Translations under genes and position numbers: made by a program
Shown here: piece by piece, positions 26,942 through 39,100 of the stretch
Layout of the letters: every line of letters starts with the position of its first letter
Position numbering within the stretch: the stretch's first letter is position 1
Notes under the pieces: model-generated
What the model was told of the DNA's origin: nothing
Seen by the model: only the letters and a program-made list of their open reading frames with translations
Databases searched by the model: none
DNA from: Tubiluchus corallicola
Lineage: Eukaryota > Animalia > Priapulida
DNA: 64,000 nt
Reading direction: 5' to 3'
Assembly: GCA_030141605.1 (NCBI GenBank)
Contig: JAQGDQ010000101.1
Coordinates: 62,001-126,000 of the forward strand

Positions 26942-28132
26942 TTACCCAGATGGGCTAATACTTGTTAATCTTTCTATCACATTCGCTATTGTTGGCCTCC
27001 GATTTTTTTTCAACAAACAGTCTCGAGCGAGCAGATATAAATTATTAAAGCATACCCATTTCCACTCATCTGTTTTTCTCTCATCCGTTATATCCATTAC
27101 TGATATTTCCCTTAGCTCCATTTCTTCCGGATCAGTATAATCAGTCAGCAAAGCAATCTCCCTGTTGTGATCTAGTGCTGGTAGACCAGTTAGAGCTTCC
27201 AACATAACCACTCCAAAACTATAGATGTCCCACTTGTTGGACACATCTCCAGAAAAGGCCTCATGTGGCATGTAAACATTAGTTCCAATTATTGTGTTGG
27301 TCTGCAGAGAAGTGCTGTTCTCTGAAAGTGGCCGTATGCATCCAAAATCACCAATCTTTGCACAAAAATTCTCATCCAGCAAAATGTTTGCGCTTTTAAT
27401 ATCTCTATGTATAAGTCTTGACTTATGTAAATAACTGATGCCCATTGCGGAGCCAACTAAAATGGCAACTCGCTGTGCCCAAGTGAATGGTGCAGTGCAA
27501 TCCTTACAAACTAAACGATCAGCTAACGATCCATTGCACATGTATTCATACACTAGGTATCGGGTGTCTCCATGAAACTGTGCATCGAGTAGACGAAGCA
27601 AATTCATGTGATTCAACTTCATGCTGATTTCAACCTCGGTTATGAAAAGCTTGTAATCAATGTCTGGGTGAAGTATTTTAACCACAACAGTTTGCATACT
27701 TTCACAATCCAATCCCAAGTGGACTTTACCAAACCCTCCTTCCCCAAGAACAGTATCTAAGCTGTATTTAATATTAAGTGAGTTGCAGTTAAGTGTTCTA
27801 TAACTACACATTTCTTCTCCCAGCACTTCAACAGTCAAAAAATCAGCAGCTAAGTGCAAATTAGCTTGTCGCAAACAATCTTTAAGACATGAAACTGTAC
27901 TGCCCGCCTCCTTCCACCAACTCTCCAGAAGAGCTTTAGACGGGTTTTCACTGTACTTGAATATTTGTACGTCATCGTGAGTATAGAATGAACTAGTATC
28001 CTCCTGTGGTTTCTTCGGCAACATACAAACAAGATTCTCTAAGAAATTGTTTTGATTCAAAATATTACAGAGTTTGTAAAAATGAGATATGCGCATGTAT
28101 TTCACTGGAATGTCTTTGGGATTTGAATTCAT
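26942..28132 (-). CDS. IRAK4: IRAK4/Tube-like death-domain Ser/Thr kinase, intronless CDS, 396 aa
   Basis: N-terminal death-domain-like region (PSKALLESW..STVSCLKDCLRQANLHLAADFL); kinase GEGGFGKV, VVVK, LVYEYMCNGSL (Tyr gatekeeper), HRDIKSANILLD (RD type, as in IRAK4/Tube-like rather than non-RD Pelle), DFG, IIGTNVYMPHE, DIYSFGVVMLE. First ATG at 28132; the ORF-track start at 28177 is a GTG overlapping a splice acceptor. Confidence 0.88.
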   Translation of the reverse strand: MNSNPKDIPVKYMRISHFYKLCNILNQNNFLENLVCMLPKKPQEDTSSFYTHDDVQIFKYSENPSKALLESWWKEAGSTVSCLKDCLRQANLHLAADFLTVEVLGEEMCSYRTLNCNSLNIKYSLDTVLGEGGFGKVHLGLDCESMQTVVVKILHPDIDYKLFITEVEISMKLNHMNLLRLLDAQFHGDTRYLVYEYMCNGSLADRLVCKDCTAPFTWAQRVAILVGSAMGISYLHKSRLIHRDIKSANILLDENFCAKIGDFGCIRPLSENSTSLQTNTIIGTNVYMPHEAFSGDVSNKWDIYSFGVVMLEALTGLPALDHNREIALLTDYTDPEEMELREISVMDITDERKTDEWKWVCFNNLYLLARDCLLKKNRRPTIANVIERLTSISPSG

Positions 28133-28229
28133 TTTACACTCAAAAGCTAGGCGGTGTGCTTTAAATTCTCTAAACACAAACTAATTGTAATTTAGTACAA
28201 TTACTTAAAAATTACAACCTCTTTAAAAT

Positions 28230-28350
28230 TCAGTCGATTACCGTTACGCCTTTATTGTAAATTGTCGTCAAATCGCTCATACGCAATACCGGAAGACTTC
28301 GAAACAAGTAACCATTGATTTTCGCATCTCTCCAATCTTGATTTCGTCTA
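28230..28350. promoter_or_regulatory. Putative promoter / non-coding first exon for the minus-strand genes
   Basis: Local CpG enrichment in AT-rich context, ETS-like ccggaag at 28289, minus-strand donor G|gtaatc at 28241 and acceptor tttgtgtttag at 28170 (72-nt intron). Confidence 0.4.
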
Positions 28351-29727
28351 TTGCTTATGAGAAGTTTGTGCTAAAGATGATTTGTGTTCAGAGTGAACAG
28401 AAATTTGATATTGGGATATTTATTAATATTGTGTCTCAGTTCTTCATATTTGCCTACTGTTAACCGTATAAGTAAATATCTAAATACTCATTTAATAATA
28501 ATCGTTGGAATTAGTTAACAGTTTTTGTAGAACTTTCCTAAAGGCAGTTTCTGAGTTGCAAACTTTTTACTTATACTGTTAGTGTTAGCGTTATATTTAA
28601 TTGCTAACACAATTTATTATTGCAAATAATTGTTATAGACCTAATTTATTGACCCAGTCATTTATATCTTGTTCTTGTCACATATCAGAGTACTTAATAT
28701 CAGAGGCGGGTAGTACAGTTTCATGTCTCAAAATGTTCTGATGTTATGACCTTCCTCTATCTTGGGTAGTGCCACTATATTCAAAATTTTAGTTTTAGTT
28801 AATTCAGTATAGTGGAGGGGCAAATAACATTTATGCTAATACCCCCATCTCTGGATTATGGATTAACCCTGATCTTCAGATTTCTGCTTAACCCCTATCT
28901 ATGCTGTGAGCTGTAAATATGTACATGTACCACGCAACTGGAATATTTTCATATTCGCGTCTTGCGAATGCTTGCATTATGACGTTACATATGGGCAGTC
29001 ATCCAGTCCACTTCATGGGTCCTAGTTAGGGTTTGCCTAGTATGCTGCTTAAAAATGGATATAAGCTAGAGAATTGTCATGCCCCTACCCATTCCAGTGG
29101 AGTCCAAGGCTGCAAGCTGCCATCTCATTTGCAGCATTTTATAAGTATCGATGCCTAAAACTGAATTTAAAGAACTTTAAAGAATCTAAATACCCTCCAA
29201 AGTTTATTTTATAGCTAGGAGCAGACTATGCTGCAAGCACATTAAAATTTTATTGCTTGTTGCAAATTGCATGAACTTAAGAAATCGTAAGTCACTGGTA
29301 ATAGCAGATATATACATCACTGCCTCCCTTGATTCTTTTTTATTAATAAGGAAGACTAAATATTTTAAAAACATACTTCGTGTTTTTTTCCAAGTAGTGT
29401 ATTTTGGCCAAAGAAATATGCAGTACAATAAACAGTTTTACTGACATATCGTGTATATTTCGTAGATCCTAATATGGCGGAGCTGGTTTCATTTTTTTGT
29501 TGTTGCCATAATAACTTTCTGGAACTGAATAATTAACTAGCTAAGTTGTCGTACAACCTAACGGAAACCATAATTAGGTAACATGATCACCGTTAGTGCA
29601 GGCATTGCTAAAACTTGTGTCTGGGTAACTTTTGTACATTTAATTCTTTATTTTTGTAGGCTTTTCAACCAGCAGCATTAAACCATTTAAGGAGTATACT
29701 GCAGACAGACTACCATAATGCTAAAAA

Positions 29728-30438
29728 ATGGTTTGTGTAAATCGTGCTTTTTGTTTCAATTGCTGCCAAGGCAGGGTAGCTAGCATAACGCTTAAAGTGT
29801 TGATAGCGCTTTGCTTGATTATCTTGATTAGCAATCTCTTTTATGATCCTTTTGACCACATTCCTCGTTCTTGCCCAACGCATGCCAGTCATCTCGTCGA
29901 CTTGGAGAAGCTGATTAGCGTTACACATCATGTTTTGCAAAAATTTAATGTCACTCACTTTCTATGCTATGGAACACTGTGGAGTGCGCTTCGTCGGGAG
30001 CACTTAGCACCGTGGGATCATAATGCTGAATTTTGTGTTTTGTCCAGTGACATGGACAAAATAAAGTCCAAAGTGTTTTACAAAGAGTTTCTCAATGCTG
30101 GCGCCCATGCTACGTACATAAGTAAATTCGGCTATTATCGTATAATGTTTCCAAATCGACCAGCAATTGTGAAAGTAATACTCTTTGTTGAAAAACGACT
30201 GCAGCCATACGAACCTATGAGTCTCATAAGGACGGGTTGGTCTTGGAAAGGAAAGACTGATGCCTTTCCTAAGTTACTGATCGATAAACCGCTTCCAACA
30301 AAATTGCTCAACGGTGTTAAGTATCCTACTCCACGAGAGGGCGTCGAAATTCAGAAGTACTTATATCCTAGCAACTGGTGGTTTGAGGTGTTTCCTAAAG
30401 AATGTGGTGACAAGTATAAACCAACTGCTCAACCGTGA
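29728..30438 (+). CDS. LicD/fukutin(FKRP)-family nucleotidyltransferase-fold type II membrane protein, 236 aa
   Basis: N-terminal TM (VLIALCLIILISNLF), HFLCYGTLWSALR..PWD motif, C-terminal PLP..LNGVKYPTPR..IQKYLYPSNW typical of LicD-family proteins. Candidate 5'-UTR exon 29466-29577 and acceptor at ~29659. Confidence 0.8.
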   Translation: MVCVNRAFCFNCCQGRVASITLKVLIALCLIILISNLFYDPFDHIPRSCPTHASHLVDLEKLISVTHHVLQKFNVTHFLCYGTLWSALRREHLAPWDHNAEFCVLSSDMDKIKSKVFYKEFLNAGAHATYISKFGYYRIMFPNRPAIVKVILFVEKRLQPYEPMSLIRTGWSWKGKTDAFPKLLIDKPLPTKLLNGVKYPTPREGVEIQKYLYPSNWWFEVFPKECGDKYKPTAQP

Positions 30439-33104
30439 TTTTGTTTTTCTCTATGTTGTTATGTAGTTTGTAAATGTTTGTTACACTTCAGCTGTAGATA
30501 GCTTATCCACTTTGAAGAATGAATGATAGTCGTGTATAACACACGTATCATAATTGACTGTGAAGTGATAAGTACTCTTAATATGCTATCATTAACCAGC
30601 TAACTGCACTAAAACCACTAGTAGCTGAACTTGTTGTGACATATGCGTTATGTAATGATTCTTGCTTATTTATTCACCTACTAACAACAGTGACCAGTAT
30701 TCCTCTCACGGCAACGAAACCTACAGAACATGTTATAATCAATAGGAATTATACTGCACATTTACTCAGTTAGACAACAAAATAGAAAAATTTGAGACAA
30801 GTATTTGCAATTAAGATAATTAAAGGAAAACCGAACGATACCGAAATTTCCCTTAGTAACACTATATAATACACTAAGATAATATGGCTAACACACTATA
30901 TTATACACTAGGTTATTGCCTAGATCCATCCCTAGATTGCTTTAATATTTTAAAACATAGCAAAATTGTGTTTTACATTAAATACACTTCAGAGAATATA
31001 AAGTTATTATAAACAATGCATTATTTTGACAAAATTCAATGAAGTTCAACACAAGACAACTTTTTTTGGACTTGCATCCATTGGCGTAGTCTCTCAATTG
31101 GCATGTCATCCACGTTGCGGTATGCGTTACTGTATATCGATTAGTTAATATTTGTAATATAAAACTAATCTACAATTCTAATGTTAGCATTTACAGCATT
31201 TAAATGTGATTTTCAACGTAGGACCTTATACGACTAAGTGCTGCTATTTATCAATACAGTCTATCTCGCAGCTCGCAATTTTGAAAAATACCTTTTGTAC
31301 TCATTCACACTGTTCTTGGCTTTTTTACTATTATGAATTTTCCCCTAATCTATACATAATTTACTAATAGGCATGCGCTTCTTGTCATGTTCCTTAATTT
31401 GGTGGTTGTTCATTTATTTAGTAATTTATTTTAGACGTGGCAAAATGTAATGAAGATAAGTGGCCTATTTTCATTATACACACGCACTGTAGCTGATGTT
31501 AACTTTATCACTAAATCATGATTGTAGTTTTTTAAGTTCATTTTCTAACTCATTGTTACGTAAACATATTATGTCATAAATCTGAGTGTTAGACCAGTAT
31601 GTTGTGCTGCTACTTACTCATTTGTTTTTAACACTTGGTCATGTAATATTATTATTTATTATATCTCGCTCGTGTTTTGAGTTGGAATGGATTTTACTAA
31701 CTTGGCTTTAATACTATTTCTAAGCTTGCTTAAGACGACCAAATTAAAATTAGTACCTAATCTACCTATTTGTTTCTTTGTGGGTGCTCTGGCCCAGTTA
31801 TTTGTTAACTGTGAAATTAATCATAATTAAAAATAAGGCTTTGAGTACTGCTGCCATAGATGAAGTGAAATGGCTTAACAGTACTTAAAAATAATACAGA
31901 AGCATAAACTGAAGTAAAATAACATTGGAAGTAGTTAGTGTTCACAATAAAAAGTGCCCCTGTGCGATTTTGTAATCAAAATTCTTCTAGTTTATACTTG
32001 CCTGTAACAGTAATCAAGATACATGTATTATGTATATAGAAATTTGTTCATTTGAATGGTTGAGGTGTATAAAATCATTTAAGACCATCATGGCAGTTTA
32101 TGTTTTAATTGTTTTTGTTTTCTTATTTAAGTACCACATGTGAATTCTCATCTTGGATTTAATAGATTATCAGGATTTTTATTATGAGTAGATTTTATTA
32201 TACTGTACCATATTGTTTATCTAAAAATTTTATTTTGCGATTAAATAATAACAATTATGAAATCAAAATACACATTGTAACATTTTTTTGTTGTAGGTTA
32301 CTATATAATATGTTCAATGCATTCATTTATAGCAAATTATAAAGCACATTGTAGTCATACTGTTGCTAAGTGTGGCACCTTAGTTTTGTGATGGTAATAC
32401 TACATTTTAATCATATAGAAAGCTTTTTGTTAGTTTTTTATCCTATAATTAGTTACTGTTAATTTTACTGCAATTTCTAGTTTCTATTTTGGAAATATTT
32501 TTATACAAAATAAGCAAGCTTTATATAATTCCCACTTAAATGACGTTATAATAATACTAATGATTATGATAAGTTTATTATTTTTTACTATTTGAGTGAC
32601 TTGGGTAAGAATTGAACTCGCGCTTCCGCACTCACTTTAAGTTATCTGCAGTATGTATTATTATTTCACTTTTGTTTTGTTGCTGTTAATGTTATATACT
32701 GAATATGTTATGAACTTTGTCGAAGAATCTCAACATGTTGCGTTTAGCAATCCCACTAGTTCATAGTTTCACGATCGCATCATTAATGTGAACGAAAAGT
32801 TAATTTTGTTATAGGAAACTCACTTAACTTAAGCTTAAAGCACTTGTTAATGTGAAATTCATATTTAGTGGAATAATTATTATAATACATATTAAATTTT
32901 ATTACAGATTTAATATAACTACAAAGAAAAATGCTGCCATGATGGACTTTGCACTGTACATGTATTGTCGCATCTTGGTCACATGGGACTTACCAGTACT
33001 TAGTAAAACAATCGTTGAACATTGTTTATGCTAGATACTTTATTTAGATTTTGCACGGTGTACTCACATCTGAATTTGACGTTTCTGCTGGTTCAGTGGC
33101 TCAT

Positions 33105-33106
<2 letters not shown>

Positions 33107-33140
<34 letters not shown>
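33107..33140. repeat. (TA)n microsatellite
   Basis: Directly visible. Confidence 0.9.
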
Positions 33141-33142
<2 letters not shown>

Positions 33143-34559
33143 CTAGATTCCGTAATAATAATGAACTAGATTCCGGTCTCACTGTACTTCAACTTAAGTA
33201 GACATGCGGAAGTTGTTATCACTGGATGAAGCCTATGATACAACAAGTTGAGAAGACGCTGGACGCCTGACACTCTAAAAATAGAAAAGGCTTCCAGTGT
33301 CAGGTATCAAAGTCTTTTGTTTCATCTGCGTAACTCACTTCGTAAAAATTACACGTTTTTTCTCGCTTCCAGTTGGTAAACGCTTTAGCAAAGGCTTAAG
33401 TCGGCTTTATTCCGTAACTGATTCGTTTTTCTATGGCTTCTACATATGTAGTAATACATGGCTTCTGGTAACGTGTTATAGCGTAAGAATTTAAAATAAA
33501 TCAAACTGTATTTTTTGACAGGGAGGAACATATCCCAATTAAAACTTCAGCGTATATTGTTCAAAAGGGAACTCTTAATGACTGCTAGAGCGAACAGAAT
33601 CGATATCGTCAATCATAAGTGCCCATTTCACAAGAAGTTGCCGTTACAGAATGACTCCTATCTTGCGCATGCGGAAGAGTTGCGTTATAATATATGTAAT
33701 ACGTAATATATGATCGCCCAAAACGACACAAGATTTGAACTTCGGATGTTGTAAATAAAATGCAAACAAACATCCTTCCTAAAATAACAAAGTGCTTCCA
33801 GTGTCCAAAAACTCTCTGTGGGCAAGACTGCAGATATTGCAGACGCAACAAATTTCTGTGTAGAGGTCGAGACTGGTTTACCTTTTCTTACCTGAAATTT
33901 GGAAACGAAGTTAATTATAAAATTAGAAGGTACTAACTTATAAACGCGTTCGATGAGAGAAATGATAATTGGTTCATGAAGTGCAAGTTGCTTTATCAGC
34001 AGGTAGACAGAAAATAATGTACTCATCCTACTTAAAATAAAATTGAATATGATAGAAGTCAGTTACAACTACAAGAATAAGTATAGAGATGATATTGGAT
34101 CCAATATATGTAAAAAGAAAAATGAAAGGCTTACAATAGAGCACGTGTTAGAAAAACAAGCAACACCAGGAGAAGAATTTCTGCAGATTCTATACGGAGC
34201 AATAATGTAAAAGTACTGCAAAAAGTCACCAAACTTGTCGAAACGTGATTTGATGAAGCACAAACAAAATGCTGAATGAATGAACTAAAAGGATCCAAGA
34301 AATCAGTCAAAAGAAAAGAAGACAGGAAATGTAAATGTTTAAAATTAAAAGGCTACAATTATGATCTTGAACTTACAAACTCATAGTATGCTACTAGAGT
34401 GAATCTAATCACTAGTGAAATCACGATCACGGTCAGGAATTTAGCAGAGTCAATTTTACCTGAATTACACCAAAACACAGATACGTATAAAACTTTTCCT
34501 GTTAGGAACATCTCCGAGCTCTGTTGCTTTTTTGAAGCCACTCTTCTGGCGTGAGCAAC

Positions 34560-35400
34560 ACGCTCTCCCTGTCAGTTATTTCGCTTTCAACAACAGCCTT
34601 CAATGATGGTCAGCTTAGAAGTTGATCGTTTTTCAGACAGGTCTTTCAACTCAGTTAGAGCTCATTGGTTTTCCGTCAGTAAAGGTCCAAGAAAATCATC
34701 CTTACAAAATTGGTTTCATTCGAAGACGCTCTATGCCAATCAAAATAAGGGGCTGTAGTAAGAAGTGAAGATATGATGTCCAGAAAACAGAATTTATATA
34801 CTTTGCTACAGATAGAGGGTATGTGTTGACATTCATTTTGAGTCAAGCGGGGTTATGGTTTTCAAAAAAAACAATTTTTGTGAAGAATTCCACAGATAAG
34901 AAACCCGAAAAAGACTGGATTTATAAGAACGGTCAGAAACAAATGTTCGATTGAGGTAAGGAATTTCATCAAAGTATTTGTGCAGCTTACGTCGGCCTTA
35001 TTCACAAAAAGTCTGCAGCTCGTTATACTATCAACATGTATTTTCCATCTAAACATAAAATTTTCTATTATTCATACCGTGCCAACTGATTCCACGAGGC
35101 AAAATTGGAACTTACGCTTCACTTCAAATCCATTTCATACAACTTCTGGGTAGGTGAAGGGTTACGGAAGTTCCCTGAAGATGGAAAACACGAGCTTCTC
35201 GTGCAGAGGTTGAGTTGCCTGGTCCGAAACCACCTCAAAAGTGTTTTGTGGGTGCATTGATCTGGTCGGCTCAGGCAAGTGGTAGCGTTCAGTTATGTTT
35301 AGATACGCTCTTCATGGTTTAATTGGAATGATTCGAACAACTTTCTGGATATGACACAATGACACCTGAGATTCGGGGAATCAGTTTTTGGTTGAAATTA
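34560..35400 (+). mobile_element. Possible highly degraded Tc1/mariner transposase remnant
   Basis: Frameshifted fragments EAKLEL (~35097) and SVLW/GCIDLVGSGK (~35240-35280) resemble Tc1 SDE.KFEL and SVMVWGC...G.G.L; no intact ORF or paired TIRs seen. Confidence 0.35.
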
Positions 35401-36148
35401 TAGAACCTTATATATATATATGTCATTTTTGAATTCTCCGTAAAACAAGAAGTAAGAACCTCGAGTCCACAGAGCAAAGAAATTTTGCTAATCAAGCAAG
35501 ATTTACTGTTATTGGCCCCTCTGAATGTTCTTAGAAAGCACCAATTGAGACTTTAATTAATGTTAAAACTAAAAAGGGAGTAACTGAGGATTAAATTAAT
35601 GAAAAAAAAACAAGTAAAAAACTAAAACAATGTAAGTTTCTCTTCAGTTGTAACTGAACTACAAAAGCAAACTTATATGAAATATGCAGACGTCAGGAGG
35701 CCTGCTTTTGTTTACAGCAGTGTGTAGATAAGACGTAAATAAACACAAATACAGTGCTATACATGCACATATTGCTCCTTTTTGAATGCCTTAGTGCAAA
35801 GCAAGTCTATACTTAAGCGTGTGAATGCTTAGAAGCGTTGTTGTTGCTGCTGCAAAGTTAAACTAACTTATTTAAATACAGACGCAACAGGTAGACTAAC
35901 TGGTTTTGTGATGCAACTTAATAATATTTTACGTGTAGCATTTATCTCAAGCTTGAAGGTTGTACAGTAGTCTGTAAACTTGCACTAATAGTGTAAACAC
36001 ATTGTGTTCAGTGAAACTCATAAATAAATGCAATAGGGCTGGCCTGAACTGTTCTTGAACGTATGAGATTGGTCACTAGCTACAGTATCAATGCAGACTT
36101 TGTTTTTAGTGGTTTTAAAGTGTGTGTTTACAGCTTTAAATTGACACA

Positions 36149-39100
36149 ATGACTTTGCCAGCGAAAGAAGAAAACCGTTGCAAAGACGTTGTTGAAGAAG
36201 AAGCAACGCCAGGAGAAGAAACCCGATATCCTTCTGTTGGCTTTGTGAATAACAACGAAATGCCAAAAATTGAAGTCATTTATAAAGAAGATTATCCCGA
36301 TCATCCTAACGCTCTCTATCGGCTAAAAGAAGTAAGTTAAAAATGCATTGATGTTTTCTGAACCTTTCTTTCTGTATACATTGTTAAATATTATAATCAT
36401 ACATATCGTAAATAAGTTCGTTTTAACTGACAAATTAAAAACTAAAAAGCTCACTCCCTATATTTGCTGTACCTGCTATACATCCGTATTCAGATAGAAA
36501 TTGTTTCAGTGAAACATTCTGTTGCGGTAACTGGAGTACATTATGTTCTTATACCTGATTCATGTCGCAGAAAGAAATGGTCTAAATTTGTTCCCAAGGT
36601 ACAATAGCCCTGTTTGGGCTGTAGTCAAAATAAAAATCTAAAAGCTAAGACAGTTTTGCATACCAGTGTTTTGTTGTCGTCGTTGTCGTGGTCGTGGTCG
36701 TCGTCCAGGTCCTGGTCATATTTTTCATGACAGCTCGAGTCCACACCCCATGTCATTGTTCAAACTGTTGTTCATATATACATAAGTCAAGGACTACTAT
36801 ACAACTGTGTATAGTAGTCCTTGACATAAGTATATAGTAACTAAGGGTCTCAGAACAGGCTGTTGACATGAGCTGCTCAATCAAACCCTATAGCTTTTTG
36901 TATTCGAACTACGCTTAAAACCCAAAGCACCATTAATTTTTCACTCGTAAACACATCGGGAATTTATGTCAGGCTTGTAGTATTAATTATCTTTAATTAA
37001 TAAATTAACTAATATCATTAATTATTTAAGGGCACCCAGTTTGTTATACGGTTGTACACGTTGCGAATTACCTGCTAAAATATTAGTAAATATAGTACAT
37101 TAAAACAATTTGTTGCAGGCTAAGATGCATGCGTTGAAGAAACTCAGCCCTCCACGCGGATACAAAATGAAGATATTTGTTTTCTTGACATTCCTCGCAA
37201 TGATAACAGAAGTCAGTGTAGTATGGTACTATTACAAAAAGGTAAATGCAAAAAGGAAAGCAGAAGATTTTGGTTTCGATTCCTAGTGAAAGTGTAACTA
37301 ATTTAGTATTGCTTTCGTGAGTTCATAAGTCTTGGATACAAGATTTTAAAGCACAGGTAGCAATTTAAGACAATTCATCCACAGAAAACTCATATATAAC
37401 AGTTTACTTATAGATAACTCATATATCTATAACAGGATCAAGCGTCACACAAATGATATGAAGTGGTAAAAAAATTTCAATTTTGCTGAGTTCGAACCTT
37501 GCTCTTCTGCAGTTTAGCGTACATCTTTTCTTTTGCAAGCTGTCTTTTTTAATTTTGGCAATTTTAAACAGTTGCACATAAATTATATTAACTTTTTGTA
37601 AGAAATTGAGTTATTATGGAATGTATTTGGTAAGAGTATTCAACGTATGTATCCAGTGTTTCTTCAATGTGAAGTGGCGCCACCTATAAAACAACATGAA
37701 GGAGATATTAAATTTATCTTCTATGCTCAACAACTGTGTGTTAGTAGTTGGTACCTGCATGGTTGCATGCCTAGACATTCAGATGCAACATTGTAAAAAC
37801 CCCAAAATATCAATATTTGGTCACGGGCTAACAGCTCGAACTCAATTTCGAAGACTTTATCTCCCCCAATGCATAAAGATGTTATTAAAATATCCACCTA
37901 TTTTAACACACCCTTTAATTCAGGCCTGATGGTGATGCAATTATACAATTTACGTAATAATTCGCTAAACAGCGCCTTGTAGCAAATGAAGCTGCACTAA
38001 CCGGTAGCTAAATGAAAAGTCTATTCTCACACAAACGGTATAGCTTTTGCGAAATGTGGTTTTTAATACCTTGTACAAACTGCCAGCTGCCACAAAAACA
38101 TAATAACGAAGAAGAGCTGCCTTTTTTAATACTAAAAATCGCTTTTACGCCCGATAATAATCTCTGGGTTCATTTTTTCATTTCAGCAATCAACAGACAT
38201 TCACATTGGGACATTTACTCGTTTAAGCGAAGACTTGAAAATCCTTCACATTGATTACAACATGTCGATGGATCGACTCGTTGGACAACTAGGTTTAAGC
38301 ATTCCTAATTATATCATTCCATATTCTTGCAAGAATAATGAAACCTCTAAGTGTTTGGAGTGGAGGAAATTCGCACGATTGCGAATAAGCGTCACAGAAA
38401 CAGGCTATTCTCCCTTAAAGTGCTGCCATGTGAGTTGGGAATCTCTGAATATTGAGGAGGAACTTAAAGATTGTTACAAACTGCCACCAGCATTTTGGTA
38501 TGGAGGTGCCCTTGTTGAAAACCATACATGGCCAATACATAACTGGAGTCGGGAAAGAGAATCATTCCTGACTGGGAAAATGCGCCAAAGCGGTTACTCT
38601 GGTGTGCTGGAACCATACTGGCTTTCCTCTCATGGAGTGTCCATACAGGTCGACAAGGAGGTGCCTCTGTTTGTGAGCATGAATAGCAAAAATGCGGAGT
38701 TATGTCTAATGTCTTCGTATGCATTCCCATATAATTCTGTGGACTCAAAAGCCAACGACAGTAGCCCTCTCCTGCCTTGGTTGAACTACACAATTTGTGC
38801 TGCAAGTTCACTTGTGGAGGCACATGATCTCAAGCAGTTCAATACTAATGAAATAAAATGTCAAGAACCAGTTTTGCATTTAATATGGTCAATTGAGGGT
38901 GATCAAAATCGCATAGAAGAATTTGCAAGAAATGTGAAAAAGTACAAAATGGACGGCGGATTTCTGATTATAGGGGAACGATGGGAAAGAAACATAGGCG
39001 ATTACGTCTTTGATCCTGAAAAATTTTCCAATCCGTATCAAATGATTGCAACAATCAATAATTGCAATTTATCTGCCGGATTATTTGTCCACCCGTATGT

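Noticed and set aside
38235-38280. ORF-track start of the GH31 protein
   Set aside because: TTG start within exon 3; the frame continues to the acceptor at 38187 and joins upstream exons encoding the TM anchor.
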